Origin: Eledone cirrhosa
Lineage: Eukaryota
Assembly (NCBI GenBank): GCA_964016885.1
Contig: OZ024765.1
Span: 2,418,001 to 2,482,000 of the forward strand
Direction: 5' to 3'
Length of the DNA stretch: 64,000 nt
Both the position numbers and the translations under genes were made by a program. Shown piece after piece: positions 42,426 through 56,003 of the stretch. The notes under the pieces were generated by a model, which was given only the letters and a program-made list of their open reading frames with translations, searched no databases and was not told the DNA's origin. Each line of letters begins with the position of its first letter. Position 1 is the stretch's first letter.

Positions 42426-43128
42426 CAACCCTTTAGCATTTACATTACTCTATATATACCATTGTATTTTCATGGTAAACACTTTATCTCACATAATATC
42501 GAATCTATGAGGGTTTGATATTTATTTTGAGAACAATAATTTAACATCAGTATGAGTGGCCAGTTACGGTGGATTTGAACAGAAAGAGGTGTGAGAATTC
42601 TGGCCGGATACAGTCGGTTTAAATGCTAAAGGGTTAACCCTTTAGCATATACATTACTCTATATTTACTATTGTATTTTCATGGTAAAGTGGAAGCACGT
42701 GGCCTAGTGGTAAGGGTGTTGGCCTGACGGTCATAATGTTGTGGGTTCGATTCCTGGGTTGTGTTCTTGAGCAAAACACTTGATTTCACGTTGCTCCAGT
42801 ATACTCAGCTGAAAATGAGTACCAGCAATAGCTGGGGGTTTAACCCTGTCATGGACTGGTCTCCTGTCCAGGGGGGAGTCTTGGACTCTCTGCTGCTTCA
42901 TGCCATGAAACCAGGATAAGGACTGGCCAAATGAGCCTTCTGGCTTAAGACAGACTTTAGACTTCCATGGTAATTATCTCACATAATATAAAATCTATGA
43001 GATTTTGATGTTATTTATTTTGAGAACATTACCTTAACATCAGTATGAGTGGCCAGTTATGACTGGTTTAAACAGAAAGAGGTGAGAGAATTGTGGCCGG
43101 ATATAGCTAGTTTAAATTCTAAAGGGTT
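42426..43128 (+). mobile_element. Two adjacent TTAA-flanked MITEs (piggyBac-like ends); the second is interrupted by a SINE
   Basis: Termini (t)aaccctttagcattt...aaatgctaaagggttaa; shared TTAA at about 42634-42637; SINE at about 42690-42965. Confidence 0.7.
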
Positions 43129-43726
43129 AAGAGGTATCAGAAGTGGTGTGTAACAGAAAAGATTGCATTGGTATGGACATGTGATGTGCATAGATGATGA
43201 GCACAGGTGAAGAAATGCCAGGAAATCCTAGTTGATTAAGGCCTGAGCAGAGAAGAGGAGGTTTTCAAGTGAGAGCACTATGTTTGTATGGACATGTGAT
43301 AGGCATGGATGATGATCGCTGAGTGAAGAAATGTCAGGAAATCCCAGTAGAACGAAGCCACAGTTTAGGAAGACCAAGGGAGATGTGAGCTGAGCGGAGG
43401 TGGTGTCAAAGAGAGAAGACTGCATTGGTATTGATATGTGATAGACATGGATGATGATCGCAGGTGAAGAAATGCCAAGAAATTCCAGTAGAAGGAAATC
43501 CCAGTAGCAGTAGACCAAGGAAGACCTCACCCGGTCCGAGTATTGAAATCACAACCTTTCGATTGCAAGCCCAATGCTCTAACCACTAAGCCAGGCGCCA
43601 ATGTTGGCTTAAATGATTAAAATTATTATATATTCTATTATTAAAACAAAAAATAATGAAAGTTAAAACAATATGTAGGGGTGACAAAACTTTCGGACCA
43701 CCCTGTACATGTGTACATGTACTTAC

Positions 43727-43822
43727 CAAGTCTAAATAAAGCTGTGTATATTGTCGATTTGATACATAGGTCTTAAGTTTCTCATCCAGACCAGCTGGTT
43801 GCCCTGCTCTGTCAGGTCGTAG
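43727..43822 (-). CDS. CLC transporter visible exon 15
   Basis: tttcag|CTA...TTG|gtaagt; 96 nt; LRPDRAGQPAGLDEKLKTYVSNRQYTQLYLDL. Confidence 0.9.
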
Positions 43823-44027
43823 CTGAAATGCAATTAATATATACATATATATATATATACCAGGGGTAACCTCAGTTAGTAAGGGACTCAATACATTAGT
43901 AGAGTGTAAACATCATGTTTAATATAAAAATAGCTTTCAGGAAAGCCCTGAGGCATTTTCTGATGATTTCTTTTTTCTGATGATTTCTTTTGAATGAAAC
44001 ACTTCTAGTCATGTAGAAGCCATTAAG

Positions 44028-44085
<58 letters not shown>

Positions 44086-44281
44086 GGAAAAGAGTCAGGA
44101 CCCCGACAGCTGAGCTCCAACCGTTTCGACAGCTAGATCCAAACTAGTCGGGGTCCTGACTCTTTTCCTATTACCCACTCTACTACCCTAAGTATTGAGT
44201 ACTCTGGTGTGTTACGGTCCACCTGGTATCTTACCACACCTTCTTTGTTTTATATATATATATATGTATGTATAATATATG

Positions 44282-44316
<35 letters not shown>

Positions 44317-45039
44317 CAAGGAGACAACAAACAGAGGTACAAAAAGTCTTATTAGTTTCACGCTTTATATAGGAAAGAGGAAATAAAGTTTGACATGTCG
44401 GGCTTAAGTCCTTCTTCAAGAGTATAAAATAGAGACAGGATCACAAAGGAGAAATACAGAAAAAAGGTCTGTGTGTGTGTGTGTATGTATGTATAAATAA
44501 CTACAACAGTGACATAAACAGCTACTCAAGTTTCGTTGGGTTCTGGGACCCAATTCGTTCAGCCTGTCATGAAAAAAATAAAAAAAACAAAGATCAGCTG
44601 AACAAATTGGGGGCCAGAACCCAACAAAACTTAAGTACCTGTTTATGTCACTGTTGTAATTATTTATCCTAAACTCGTCCTATGGACAACTCTTGGAGAT
44701 TTCCACTTAACTTTTATTTTGGTATATGTATATATAGTAATTGTTTCTACTTTAGGCACAAGGCCAGCAATTACCCAGTACATTACTGGTACTTTATTTT
44801 ATCGACTCCGTAAGGATGAAAGGCAAAGTCAACCTCCGCGGGATTTGAACTCAGATCGTAAAGGGACATAACTATGCTGGAAAGCATGGCGTCCGACCCT
44901 CTACCGATGTGAAGACTAAAATCCAAAGAGGGGTCGATAAGGATAAATATATATCAAATATATAAGAACTGTAGAGCAAATATTTATTAAAATAACAGAT
45001 TAAAGTTTAAGCAAAGAATCGTTGCTTTCACCCTTAACT

Positions 45040-45390
45040 TCTATATTATAGAAGCCATTCCTATATTATAGAAGCCATTTCTATATTATAGAAGCCATTT
45101 CTATATTATAGAAGCCATTTCTATATTATAGAAGCCATTCCTATATTATAGAAGCCATTCCTATATTATAGAAGCCATTCCTATATTATAGAAGCCATTT
45201 CTATATTATAGAAGCCATTCCTATATTATAGAAGCCATTCCTATATTATAGAAGCCATTTCTATATTATAGAAGCCATTTCTATATTATAGAAGCCATTC
45301 CTATATTATAGAAGCCATTTCTATATTATAGAAGCCATTTCTATATTATAGAAGCCATTTCTATATTATAGAAGCCATTTCTATATTATA
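45040..45390. repeat. 20-bp tandem array (about 17 copies) ending ~20 nt from the exon 14 donor
   Basis: Unit ctatattatagaagccatt(t/c). Confidence 0.95.
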
Positions 45391-45411
45391 TATATATACA
45401 AGAATCCATAC

Positions 45412-45508
45412 CTCGTTGTATTCAACTAACGTGACATCATATAATTCATTCTGCGTGTCAATGTTCTCAAACATTTCTTCCTGTAACATCAACACGTTGA
45501 GCTCCTGC
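45412..45508 (-). CDS. CLC transporter visible exon 14
   Basis: ttccag|G...GAG|gtatgg; 97 nt; (R)QELNVLMLQEEMFENIDTQNELYDVTLVEYNE. Confidence 0.88.
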
Positions 45509-45611
45509 CTGGAAATAAGAAATGAAAGGATATGCCTTTGTTAAGGTACTCGGGTCGATATCATTGTATAAAAGCCCCTCAAGGCAGTGTGCCTCATCAT
45601 AGCCATAGTTA

Positions 45612-46070
45612 AATGACTGAAACCAGTAAAAGAATATGTATATAGTGCCCCAGCATGGCCACAGTGTAATGACTGAAACCAGTAAAAGAATATGTATATA
45701 GTGCCCCAGCATGGCCACAGTGTAATGACTGAAACCAGTAAAAGAATATGTATATAGTGCCCCAGCATGGCCACAGTGTAATGACTGAAACCAGTAAAAG
45801 AATATGTATATAGTGCCCCAGCATGGCCACAGTGTAATGACTGAAACCAGTAAAAGAATATGTATATAGTGCCCCAGCATGGCCACAGTGTAATGATTGA
45901 AACCAGTAAAAGAATATGTATATAGTGCCCCAGCATGGCCACAGTGTAATGACTGAAACCAGTAAAAGAATATGTATATAGTGCCCCAGCATGGCCACAG
46001 TGTAATGATTGAAACCAGTAAAAGAATATATATATAGTGCCCCAGCATGGCCACAGTAAAAGAATATATA
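45612..46070. repeat. 56-bp tandem array (about 8 copies)
   Basis: Unit atgactgaaaccagtaaaagaatatgtatatagtgccccagcatggccacagtgta. Confidence 0.95.
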
Positions 46071-46356
46071 TATCTCCAGTCCAGACTGTAAAGTACTCTG
46101 TCATGACAAAAAGCAGCCAACACACACTGTAAATGTGGTTGGTGTTAGGAAGGGAAGGGCATCCAGCCATAGAAAACAAGCCAGAAACTCTCCTATATAA
46201 GCGAGGCACTGTCTCCCAACATATCTAACCCATGCTAACGTCGAAGATAGACGTTAATCGATGATGATGATGATGATATATAGCCTCCACGACCACTTTG
46301 CAGTGGAATGATAGGGACCCCAGTCCTATGCACCTTCACTTTTCTTTTCTTCTTAC

Positions 46357-46533
46357 CTGGTAATAATTCCACAGAAACCAGAATCCACTGTGCCATTATT
46401 TTTCACAATAGGAAATCCTCCGTGACGTGTCTCACGAAGAAGTCTAGCCAAGAGATCAACCGATTCTCGTTGTTTTATGGAAATAACAGGATGTGACATC
46501 ACATCAGATACTTTAAAAAGGTCCAGGTTAATT
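46357..46533 (-). CDS. CLC transporter visible exon 13 (CBS1)
   Basis: tttcag|A...AG|gtaaga; 177 nt; INLDLFKVSDVMSHPVISIKQRESVDLLARLLRETRHGGFPIV...FCGIIT. Confidence 0.95.
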
Positions 46534-46749
46534 CTGAAATTTGAAACAAAAAAAAAAAATTTAGATTTTGATAGTGAATTCGAAGTATTGTGAGGTACAT
46601 AATAAATGGAAGATGACTTTTCAAAAGCTGGTACAATGTGGTAGAAATATATAAAGGGCAAAAGGTGACAAACAAAACAAAACAAGGTAATGTTTTACTC
46701 TCAGGCCATGTGTTTGGTTCCTGGCCTATATATGTATATATATATTTCA

Positions 46750-47234
46750 AGCTTAGTTCAGTGTGGAAGTCGGACCTTCAAAAAGACCTGAAGATCCGCC
46801 TCTTCATTGCTGTTGTGGAGTCTGTGCTGCTGTACGGGTCTGAGACTTGGACACTGACCAAGAAACTCACTCAGATGGTGAATGGGTGCTACACGAGAAT
46901 GCTGAGGATGGCTCTGAACATTAATCAGTATACACTGAGGATGAAGAACTCAGAGCTGTATGGGAGCCTCCCAAAATTCAGCTCAAAAGTGACACAGAGG
47001 AGACTGAGGTTAGCTGGACATGCTCACCGACATCCAGAGTTGACACTGCACTCAGTGCTCCTGTGGGAGCCCCTACATGGACACACTGGAAGTGGAAGAC
47101 CAAGGTTAACGTATGTTGATGCCCTAAGGACAGACACTGGTCTCTTGGAGACGCAGGACATGGCAGCAATAATGAGGGACAGAGACTGCTGGAGAGAACT
47201 CATCCATGGATCTTGGGAATGTTACCGGCCCTAG
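46750..47234 (+). mobile_element. RTE-clade LINE 3' fragment, family A
   Basis: LKIRLFIAVVESVLLYGSETWTLTK...RRLRLAGHAHRH...GRPRLTYVD...MRDRDCWRE (LLYG.ETW, RL..GH and GRP motifs of the RTE C-terminus). Confidence 0.92.
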
Positions 47235-47574
47235 ACATATATATTGTATAAAAATGTGCAGGGTGATCAAAATTGATGGAAGTTACGGAGTAGGTAGACC
47301 CAGAAAACCTGGGACAACATGATAAAATCTGACCTTGCACACTTACACTTCTCTAAGACAATGTCACTGGATCAAGACCTTTGATGCTGCGCAGTAATAC
47401 AGAAGATCCGCCTTCCCTTACATTCGAAGTTAAACCTACAGTCAGTAGGCACCTCTTAACCAAATATACACCCCAACGCACTACCCCTACTCTATCTTCC
47501 CACTCCCACCAACCGTTCTCTGTACCGTTATGTTGGTACCACAGAACATTAAAGATGATATATATATATATATC

Positions 47575-48025
47575 GTCATCATCATCATCATTTTATGTCT
47601 GCTTTTCCTTGCTTGCAAGGGTGGGACAGGTCTTATTCAGCACAGCATCTCTACACTCGTCACGGTCCTTCGTCATCTCCACCATGAGCTTCAGCGATCT
47701 GAGGTCTGTTCTCACCACCTCTGCCCATGTTTTTCGTGGTCTGCCTCTACCACGTCTTCCTTCAACTGGCATTTCCTGGCACTTCTTCACCCATCGGTCA
47801 TCCTCCATGCGTATCACATGTCCATACCACCTCAGTCTCCTCTCCCGTACACTACATTCTATCCCTCTCAGACACAGTTTCTCTCTCAAACACATTTATG
47901 CTGGGTCGTTCACGCACATCCAACACAGCATGCTTGCTTCATTTCTCTCCAGCCGTCGCATATCCTCTGCAGTTGCTGCCCATGTCTCACTACCATGCAG
48001 CATCGCGCTCCTCACACAGGCATCA
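47575..48025 (-). mobile_element. RTE-clade LINE 3' fragment, family B
   Basis: SAMLHGSETWA...RERRLRWYGHVIRMEDDRWVKKC...GRGRPRKTWAEVV...DRDECR, ending in a (GAT)n tail. Confidence 0.92.
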
Positions 48026-48083
48026 TATAAGATATATATATTTCTGTATATGTATGTATATATGCGTGTGTATTGTTACTTAC

Positions 48084-48250
48084 AGTTTTTTGTCGATGAC
48101 AACTTGTGGCTCGGGGGGTAGGAACGGAATACACTTCAACTCCAACAAGGAATGGTAATGGGGGTGGGTGAAGAAGTCCCCTATCCACTTGGCTACCATT
48201 ATGGCCACCATGATGGGCAGCAGGAACTGGACATCATTGGTCAGCTCAAT
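48084..48250 (-). CDS. CLC transporter visible exon 12 (helices P-R, central Tyr)
   Basis: atctag|ATT...CT|gtaagt; 167 nt; IELTNDVQFLLPIMVAIMVAKWIGDFFTHPHYHSLLELKCIPFLPPEPQVVIDKK. Confidence 0.95.
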
Positions 48251-48446
48251 CTAGATGGACAGAGAGAAATTTATAGGCTGTGTGTAAATATATATACATA
48301 TATATATATATACACATATATACACACACACACAAGGAAGGGTCCCAGCTTTGACCAGAATATAATAAGCAAAACTAGTAAAAGACTACGACGAGCAAAG
48401 AAGAAAAAGAGGAGGGGGGGGGGGGGGTTATAGGCTTATGACCTAC

Positions 48447-48627
48447 CATGATAACTGTGACAGCTTTGGTGAGCCTTGTGACCCCACCAAAGAAGGAGGC
48501 AGCACCAATAAGGGCAAATGCACCAGGGTCCATCCAGTTCCAGTAACCATCGTCCTTTGACTGCAGACTGACCAGGATTGAGATGAGAACTCGGCCAATT
48601 GTACGACCATACAGACCACCGATAAAC
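48447..48627 (-). CDS. CLC transporter visible exon 11
   Basis: ttacag|G...ATG|gtaggt; 181 nt; FIGGLYGRTIG...WMDPGAFALIGAASFFGGVTRLTKAVTVIM. Confidence 0.95.
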
Positions 48628-49324
48628 CTGTAATATAGATATATAGTAGTACTGGTGGTGGTGGTGGTGGTGGTGCTGGTGGTGCTGGTTATGGTGGTGG
48701 TGGTGGTGGTGGTGGTGGTTGTAGTGATGTTGGTTGTAGTGATGTTGGTGGTGGTGGTGTTGGTGGTGGTGGTGGTGGTGCTGGTGGTGGTGGTGGTTGT
48801 AGTGATGTTGGTTGTAGTGATGTTGGTGGTGGTGGTGTTGGTTGTAGTGATGTTAGTGGTGGTGGTAGTGGTGGTTTTAGTGGTGCTGGTGGTAATGTTG
48901 GTGATGTTGGTTGTAGTGATGTTAGTGGTGGTGGTGGTGGTTGTGGTGGTGATGTTGGTGGTGGTGATGTTGGTGGTGGTGATGTTGGTTGTAATGATGT
49001 AAGTGGTGGTGTTGGTGAGTGTGGTGTTGGTGGTGGTGATGTTAGTGGTGGTCGTGGCGGTGATGGTGGTGGTGGCAGTGATGTTGGTGGTGGTTGTGGT
49101 GTTAGTGGTGATAGTAATAGTAGTAGTAGTGGTGGTGGTTGTGATAGTGGTGGTAGTGATATTGTTGGTGGTGGTGGTGATGGTTGTTGTAGTATAGTAA
49201 TAGTAGTAGTTGTAGTAGTTGTTGTTGTCGTGGTGATGGGGATTGTGGTGATCATGGTGACCATGGTGGTTGGTGATGGTGATGATGACCATGATAATGA
49301 TGACAACAACTATGACAAACTTAC

Positions 49325-49496
49325 AGCATAGGTACCAGGATTCCAGCCGATACCGCCGTACCCGATGCCCAACATACCATCAGGAAATAGAATGGTAAGA
49401 CACAACACAGAGATACATAACCAAACTCAAACGGGGTTTCTCTTGAAAACAAATGCTTCACAGCATCTTCTCCAGTCCAAAATAAAAGGGTCGCAA
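49325..49496 (-). CDS. CLC transporter visible exon 10 (GILVP filter motif)
   Basis: ttccag|TT...CT|gtaagt; 172 nt; VATLLFWTGEDAVKHLFSRET...WASGTAVSAGILVPML. Confidence 0.95.
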
Positions 49497-50163
49497 CTGG
49501 AATTGGAAAAAAAAATTGAATATAAACATATATGAGAACGATTTTAACCTTTAGCATGCTAGAAATTTTTATGAATTGCTTCCCTTTGTCAACATATTGG
49601 GTCCTCAAAGTATGAAATTTGTAGAAATTTAGTTGGTTTTCTACATATTTCTACAAACTTCATACTTGACGACCCAATATTATGTACTAAAGGGAGGTTA
49701 CTCTATTGGTGACTTAATGCGTCCAGAAGGTTAACTCTGTTGATGCCAACCGACCCCAAACTGCATCTGTTATGGTATGATCAAGTGGGTGTTTGTGTCA
49801 TAAATTGTTTTCTAATTAACCCTTTAGCATTTACATTACTCTATATTTACTATTGTATTAGGATTGTCTTCGCCATGCTCACATGTATGAGTATATGTGT
49901 GTCCGTGCGTGTATGTGCATATGCATACATTTATATGGTATGAGTATATAAATATAAACGTGAAAACACAGACACACCTACAAAATTAGACTCTCAGACA
50001 TACATTCACACAAACACATACACAGCACAACAATCTGTCCACCAGTAAAGATACTATAAACATTTAGTACAAAACACTATGACTACATCACATTAAATAT
50101 TAAAGTCTTTAAATCATTAGATTGTTTAAGAATTGAAAATAAATGAAAGAATCAGATGCAAAC

Positions 50164-50294
50164 CTTCATTATATGTCTCGTTAGTGTAATAAGTGGTGTT
50201 TGAGACAGGCCATGATGTACCCCGAGGACAATGATAACGAGCAACATTGGGTTCAATGTGGAGGTCAGTTCTGGAATCATTCTTACAGCCATAA
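50164..50294 (-). CDS. CLC transporter visible exon 9 (luminal loop)
   Basis: caacag|T...G|gtttgc; 131 nt; YGCKNDSRTDLHIEPNVARYHCPRGTSWPVSNTTYYTNETYNE with N-glycosylation sequons. Confidence 0.9.
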
Positions 50295-50353
50295 CTGTTG
50301 TAAAATAACAAATATTAGTGCCTGTGTGTGTACACACACATATATATAGTTTT

Positions 50354-50385
<32 letters not shown>

Positions 50386-51500
50386 TTACATAAATATATA
50401 TAAAATAAAAATGGCATAGACATACAATACAACAGGAGGAAACATAATAGTACCACTGATGAGGTCGCAGATGTGCAACAAAAGAACTTTGATAGACTAT
50501 ATATATATAGTCTATCTGTATTTTTAACCGTTGGTCAATCAATGATAAACGTTGATTGCCAAATAAATTAACTATGGAGATATAAAAGATACAGAAGCGA
50601 AAACCAACCAAACAGTGAGTGTGTTCTGTTATTATTTCTGGCAATATTATTACAACAATATGACCCTCCCCAAGTATAACAATATTTGTTTCGACCCACG
50701 ATTTCATATCAAAAACCTTGCAAAACAAATATATTTACATACACGTCCGAAACGTTGAGACCCTCTTCCTGCAATTTCAAGCGTTAACCTAATATATCCC
50801 TTCCATATACTGTACCGATTGTGTTGTTATTTCTGATCACCTTTTACATACATACATATACATCAACGCTTATATGGACCTCTCAAAGTCGTTGGATTTT
50901 CACCCTGAAACTGGATATAAACCTGGAGTTTATCTGAACTTCCACCAGGAAATCTTTTTGTATCACTGATATTTTCTTTGCTTCTTGCATTATTTCGCCT
51001 CTTTACATTCTGAGTTCAAATCCCGCCGAGGTTAATTTTGCCTTTCATCTTTACGGGGGTCAATAAAATAAAGTACCAGTAATACACTGGGGTAATTGCT
51101 GGCCTTGTGACAAAAATAGAAACAATTATTTAAATATGCCATGACTCTCTATCACTTTTCCTCCACTATAATCTTCTTACTTCTCTAATGTGGTCCGTGT
51201 ATTTTATCTGAGGAGGACATGTTTTGTTTTGTTATACATAAAACTTTACATCTTCGAAATATATATAATTGTTTCTACTTTTGTTATTTCTGATCACCTT
51301 TTACATACATACATATACATCAACGCTTACATGGACCTCTCAAAGTCGTTGGATTTTCAAATTGGATTTTCACCCTGAAACTGGATATAAACACCGGAGT
51401 TTATCTGAACTTCCACCAGGAAATCTTTCGTATCACACGAGGGAATACAGTTTAGCTCTGTTATTTAACAGAGGTAAACTTTATTCCATAAAGGACTTAC

Positions 51501-51589
51501 CTGACGTTGCTTGCTTTACCTTCTGAACAGGTAAATTGACTGCAGGAAAACATCGCAGGTGCAAATAGACAGACTGTTGTCATGACTAC
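51501..51589 (-). CDS. CLC transporter visible exon 8
   Basis: tttcag|GTA...AG|gtaagt; 89 nt; VVMTTVCLFAPAMFSCSQFTCSEGKASNV. Confidence 0.9.
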
Positions 51590-52005
51590 CTGAAACATAG
51601 GTGCCAGCTGATCAGATTTGGTGACACACAGACACATGTATACAAAGAAGGCAAAGAAGAAGAAGAAGGCAAAGAAGAAAAAGGCAAAGAAGAAGAAGGC
51701 AAAGAAGAAGAACAACAGCACCACCATGACCACAGCAACAACACTAACACCACCACCACAACAGCAGCAGCAACAACACCAACAATAACACTAACAACAA
51801 CACCAACAATAACACTAACAACAACACTAATACAACACTAACACCAACACCAATACCAACAACACCACCAACAACACTAACACAACACTAACACCAATAC
51901 CAACAACACCAACAACACCACCAACAACACTAATACAACACCAACAACACCAACAACAACACTAATACAACACTAACACCAACAACACCAACAACAAGGA
52001 CTTAC

Positions 52006-52197
52006 CATAAGAAGAACAGGTTCAAGACACTTGACAATCTTCGCTGTAAATTTCTTCAGGCGACTCAATATCCTTTTGCGGGTCCTCGTCAGTTTTAGGG
52101 AGATGAATGTAAAGAGGGCCCCTAATAGACCCCCAATTACTCCAATTACCAGGGTAGGTAAAAACATAAGTATGTTTACATTTATACCGTAATCAAT
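52006..52197 (-). CDS. CLC transporter visible exon 7
   Basis: cttcag|ATT...ATG|gtaagt; 192 nt; IDYGINVNILMFLPTLVIGVIGGLLGALFTFISLKL...EPVLLM. Confidence 0.94.
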
Positions 52198-52529
52198 CTG
52201 AAGGGAAACACAGGATGGTGGTGGGGGATGGAAGAGGGCGAGGAAGGAGAGAGATGAAGAAGAAGAAGAAAAATAAAAAAGAAAGAGAAAGAGAAAAAGA
52301 AAGAAAAATAAAAGGTTACTACTGGGTATTGAACCAGTGATGTCATTTTGGTGGGTTGGGGTTTATTTTTGTGTTACAGAAATATGATTGTCTGAGTGTG
52401 TGTGTGTGTAGTGTAGTATGTATATATATAGGTGTTTGTGGGTGTGTGTGTGTATGTGTGAACATGTATGTGTGTGTGTGTCTGTGTCTCCCCCTAAATC
52501 CCACAGATATAACAGCAACAACAACAAGC

Positions 52530-53070
52530 AAATGACAAAATTTACAAAAGTTCCCCCAAATGACAAAAAGCTCCTAAATTTAAAAAAAATCCACTCTTTC
52601 CACATCCCCCCAAAAATAACAAAAACAAGCCCCTAAAAAAGAAAAGATCAAAAAGTTCACCCAAAAGACAAAGTTCCCTAAAATCACAAAAAGCTCCCTA
52701 AATCACAAAAAGTTCCCTAAAATCACAAAAAGACCCCTAAATCACAAAATTCCCCCTAAAATCACAAAGCTCCCTAAATCAAAAAAAAGCTGCCCCTAAA
52801 ATCACACAAAGCTCCTAAAATCACACAAAGCTCCCTAAAATCATAAAGCCCCTAAAATCACAAAAAGCTCCCCCATAAAATCACAAAAAGCTCCTCCATA
52901 AAATCACACGAAGCTCCCTAAAAAAACACAAAGCCTCCTAAAATCACAAAAGCCCCCTAAAATCACTAAAAGCCAACCAGACAAAAAGCTCCCGAAATCA
53001 CAAAATCCCCCCCCCCCCCCTAAAATCAAAAAATGACCCCTAAAATACAAAAAGCCAACCAGACGAAAGC
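52530..53070. repeat. Degenerate ~20-bp minisatellite (aaaatcacaaaaagctcccct)
   Basis: Direct reading; abuts the exon 6 donor. Confidence 0.85.
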
Positions 53071-53083
53071 TTTCTAAACTCAC

Positions 53084-53327
53084 ACTGAACAGAATGTACC
53101 TTTCCTTCTTAAAGTAACCAAAATCTCCAGTGTACGTGAATCTGGTTAGGGCCGAGTTGAAGAGGTCAGTGGTGAATGTGGACACCATACAACAGAAGAA
53201 AATCTGCCAGGAGAGTGTAGTGGTCCAGAACGACGAGACCTCTTCCATAGAAAAAAGCAAGCCCCCAACTGGGGCCCCAAATGCTGAGGCAACCCCAGCA
53301 GCAGCTCCTGCAGATATAAAATTTCTC
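53084..53327 (-). CDS. CLC transporter visible exon 6 (helices G-I, proton glutamate)
   Basis: ttttag|G...AGT|gtgagt; 244 nt; [34 protein letters not shown]...KKERYILFS. Confidence 0.96.
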
Positions 53328-53689
53328 CTAAAATAAAAAAAAGAGAGAGAATTAATTAGTGAGGATAAAAATAAACAAGTGTTTTAAGGGTCATTTTTCA
53401 ATGCTAAAAGAAGGACTAGGTTTGTTTACCCCATAACAGTAAAAGTAAGCACAGTCTATGATGTATGTAAACCTAGTGAGGGTTGAGTGTTTTAAGGGTC
53501 GTTCTTCCTGCTATTGAAAGAGCTACACTTGTAGTCATCATCACCGTTTAACGTCTATTTTTCCACACTAGCTTGGATTAGACAGGTTTTCTTGTTTGAG
53601 GCAAGTTGGGTCCGGTGACTGTGTCTTGCTCATACAGAACTGTTTCTGCCTAGGTTTCTACAGCTGGATGCCCTTCCTAACACCAACCA

Positions 53690-53982
53690 CATTTACAGTG
53701 AGTGTTGAGTGCTTTTTGTTGTGACACCTACATGACCATTTTACAGTGTGGACTGGGTACTTTTTGTCGTGACACCTACATGACCATTTTACAGTGTGGA
53801 CTGGGTACTTTTTGTCGTGACACCTACATGACCATTTTACAGTGTGGACTGGGTACTTTTTGTCGTGACACCTACATGACCATTTTACAGTGTGGACTGG
53901 GTACTTTTTGTCATGACACCTACATGACCACTTTACAGTGTGGACTGGGTACTTTTTGTCATGACACCTACACAACCACTTT
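53690..53982. repeat. 48-bp tandem array (about 6 copies)
   Basis: Unit tttacagtgtggactgggtactttttgtcgtgacacctacatgaccat. Confidence 0.92.
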
Positions 53983-54098
53983 ATATATATATGTGTGTGT
54001 GTAACTTTCTGTATGCATGATTATATGTATGTGAATGTGTGTGTGTGTGTGAGAATCTGTATGGGTGTGCACTATAAGATATATGAAGAGACACATAC

Positions 54099-54170
54099 TT
54101 ATCTTCAGAGTTGTGGAATTGCCGACAAATCCTGATATTATATTGACTAAGGGTTGCTCCCACCAGCGCT
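54099..54170 (-). CDS. CLC transporter visible exon 5
   Basis: ttacag|A...AA|gtatgt; 72 nt; ALVGATLSQYNIRICRQFHNSED. Confidence 0.92.
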
Positions 54171-54404
54171 CTGTAATAGAATCACAGCAAACAATTTTAA
54201 CCCTTTCAGTTCCATATTTCTAACGAGACACTGTCCCCTATAATTTTAAAATTATTCAGAAAAATAATCATGTAATTTGTAATCTAACTAATTTTCTCAT
54301 TATTAACCCTTTAGTATTTACATTACTTAATATATACTATTGTATTTTCATAGTAAAGGCTTTACCTCACATAGTATCATTGTTTTATACTATTATATTT
54401 TCAC

Positions 54405-55690
54405 ACTGTCTCATTAACCTGGTGTTTGGAACATAACTTAACAAAAGTTCTTACATAAAATTATGATGGAAGGTTTTAGATAAATATAAACACTTTAACC
54501 CTTTCATTACCATATTTCTAATAAAAGACACTGTCTTATTAACCTGGTGTTTGGAACATAACTTAACAAAGGTTCTTACATAAAATTATAACGGAAGGTT
54601 TTTAGATAAATATAAACACTTTAAACCTTTCATTACCATATTTCTAATGAAAGACACTGTCTTATTAACCTGGTGTTTGGAACATAACTTAACAAAGGTT
54701 CTTACATAAAATTATAACGGAAGGTTTTTAGATAAATATAAACACTTTAAACCTTTCATTACCATATTTCTAATGAAAGACACTGTCTTATTAACCTGGT
54801 GTTTGGAACATAACTTAACAAAGGTTCTTACATAAAATTATAACGGAAGGTTTTTAGATAAATATAAACACTTTAAACCTTTCATTACCATATTTCTAAT
54901 GAAAGACACTGTCTTATTAACCTGATGTTTGGAACATAACTTAACAAAGGTTCTTACATAAAATTATAACGGAAGGTTTTTAGATAAATATAAACACTTT
55001 AACCCTTTCATTACCATATTTCTAATGAAAGACACTGTCTTATTAACCTGGTGTTTGGAACATAACTTAAAGGTTCTTACATAAAATTATAACGGAAGGT
55101 TTTTAGATAAATATAAACACTTTAACCCTTTCATTACCATATTTCTAATGAAAGACACTGTCTTATTAACCTGGTGTTTGGAACATAACTTAACAAAGGT
55201 TCTTACATAAAATTATAACGGAAGGTTTTTAGATAAATATAAACACTTTAACCCTTTCATTACCATATTTCTAATGAAAGACACTGTCTTATTAACCTGG
55301 TGTTTGGAACATAACTTAACAAAGGTTCTTACATAAAATTATAACGGAAGGTTTTTAGATAAATATAAACACTTTAACCCTTTCATTACCATATTTCTAA
55401 TGAAAGACACTGTCTTATTAACCTGGTGTTTGGAACATAACTTAACAAAGGTTCTTACATAAAATTATAACGGAAGGTTTTTAGATAAATATAAACACTT
55501 TAACCCTTTCATTACCATATTTCTAATGAAAGACACTGTCTTATTAACCTGGTGTTTGGAACATAACTTAACAAAGGTTCTTACATAAAATTATAACGGA
55601 AGGTTTTTAGATAAATATAAACACTTTAACCCTTTCATTACCATATTTCTAATGAAAGACACTGTCTATGGTTTGGAACATAACTTATAA
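54405..55690. repeat. 126-bp tandem array (about 10 copies)
   Basis: Unit begins ttaaccctttcattaccatatttctaatgaaagacactgtc; period 126 (55261 vs 55387). Confidence 0.95.
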
Positions 55691-56003
55691 GGAATCGAAC
55701 CCACAACATTTTGATTGTAAATCCAACACCCTGACCACTAGACCATGAAATAGAAAGAAAAACCCTCCAAGAACTGACCCTAAATATATCATAGGCCCCT
55801 AAGGCCCAACAGAAATCAAACCCATGATATTATGATCATAAGTCCACCCTTACCACTGGAGCTACATAAAATGAAGTACTATTCTTAAAAAAAACAACAT
55901 AAACCCAGTCTAGGAATCGAACCCATGTCATTATGATTGTAAGTCCAACACCTTTACCACTGGACCATGAAATGAAAAGAGGACCAAAGCACCAAGTACT
56001 TAC

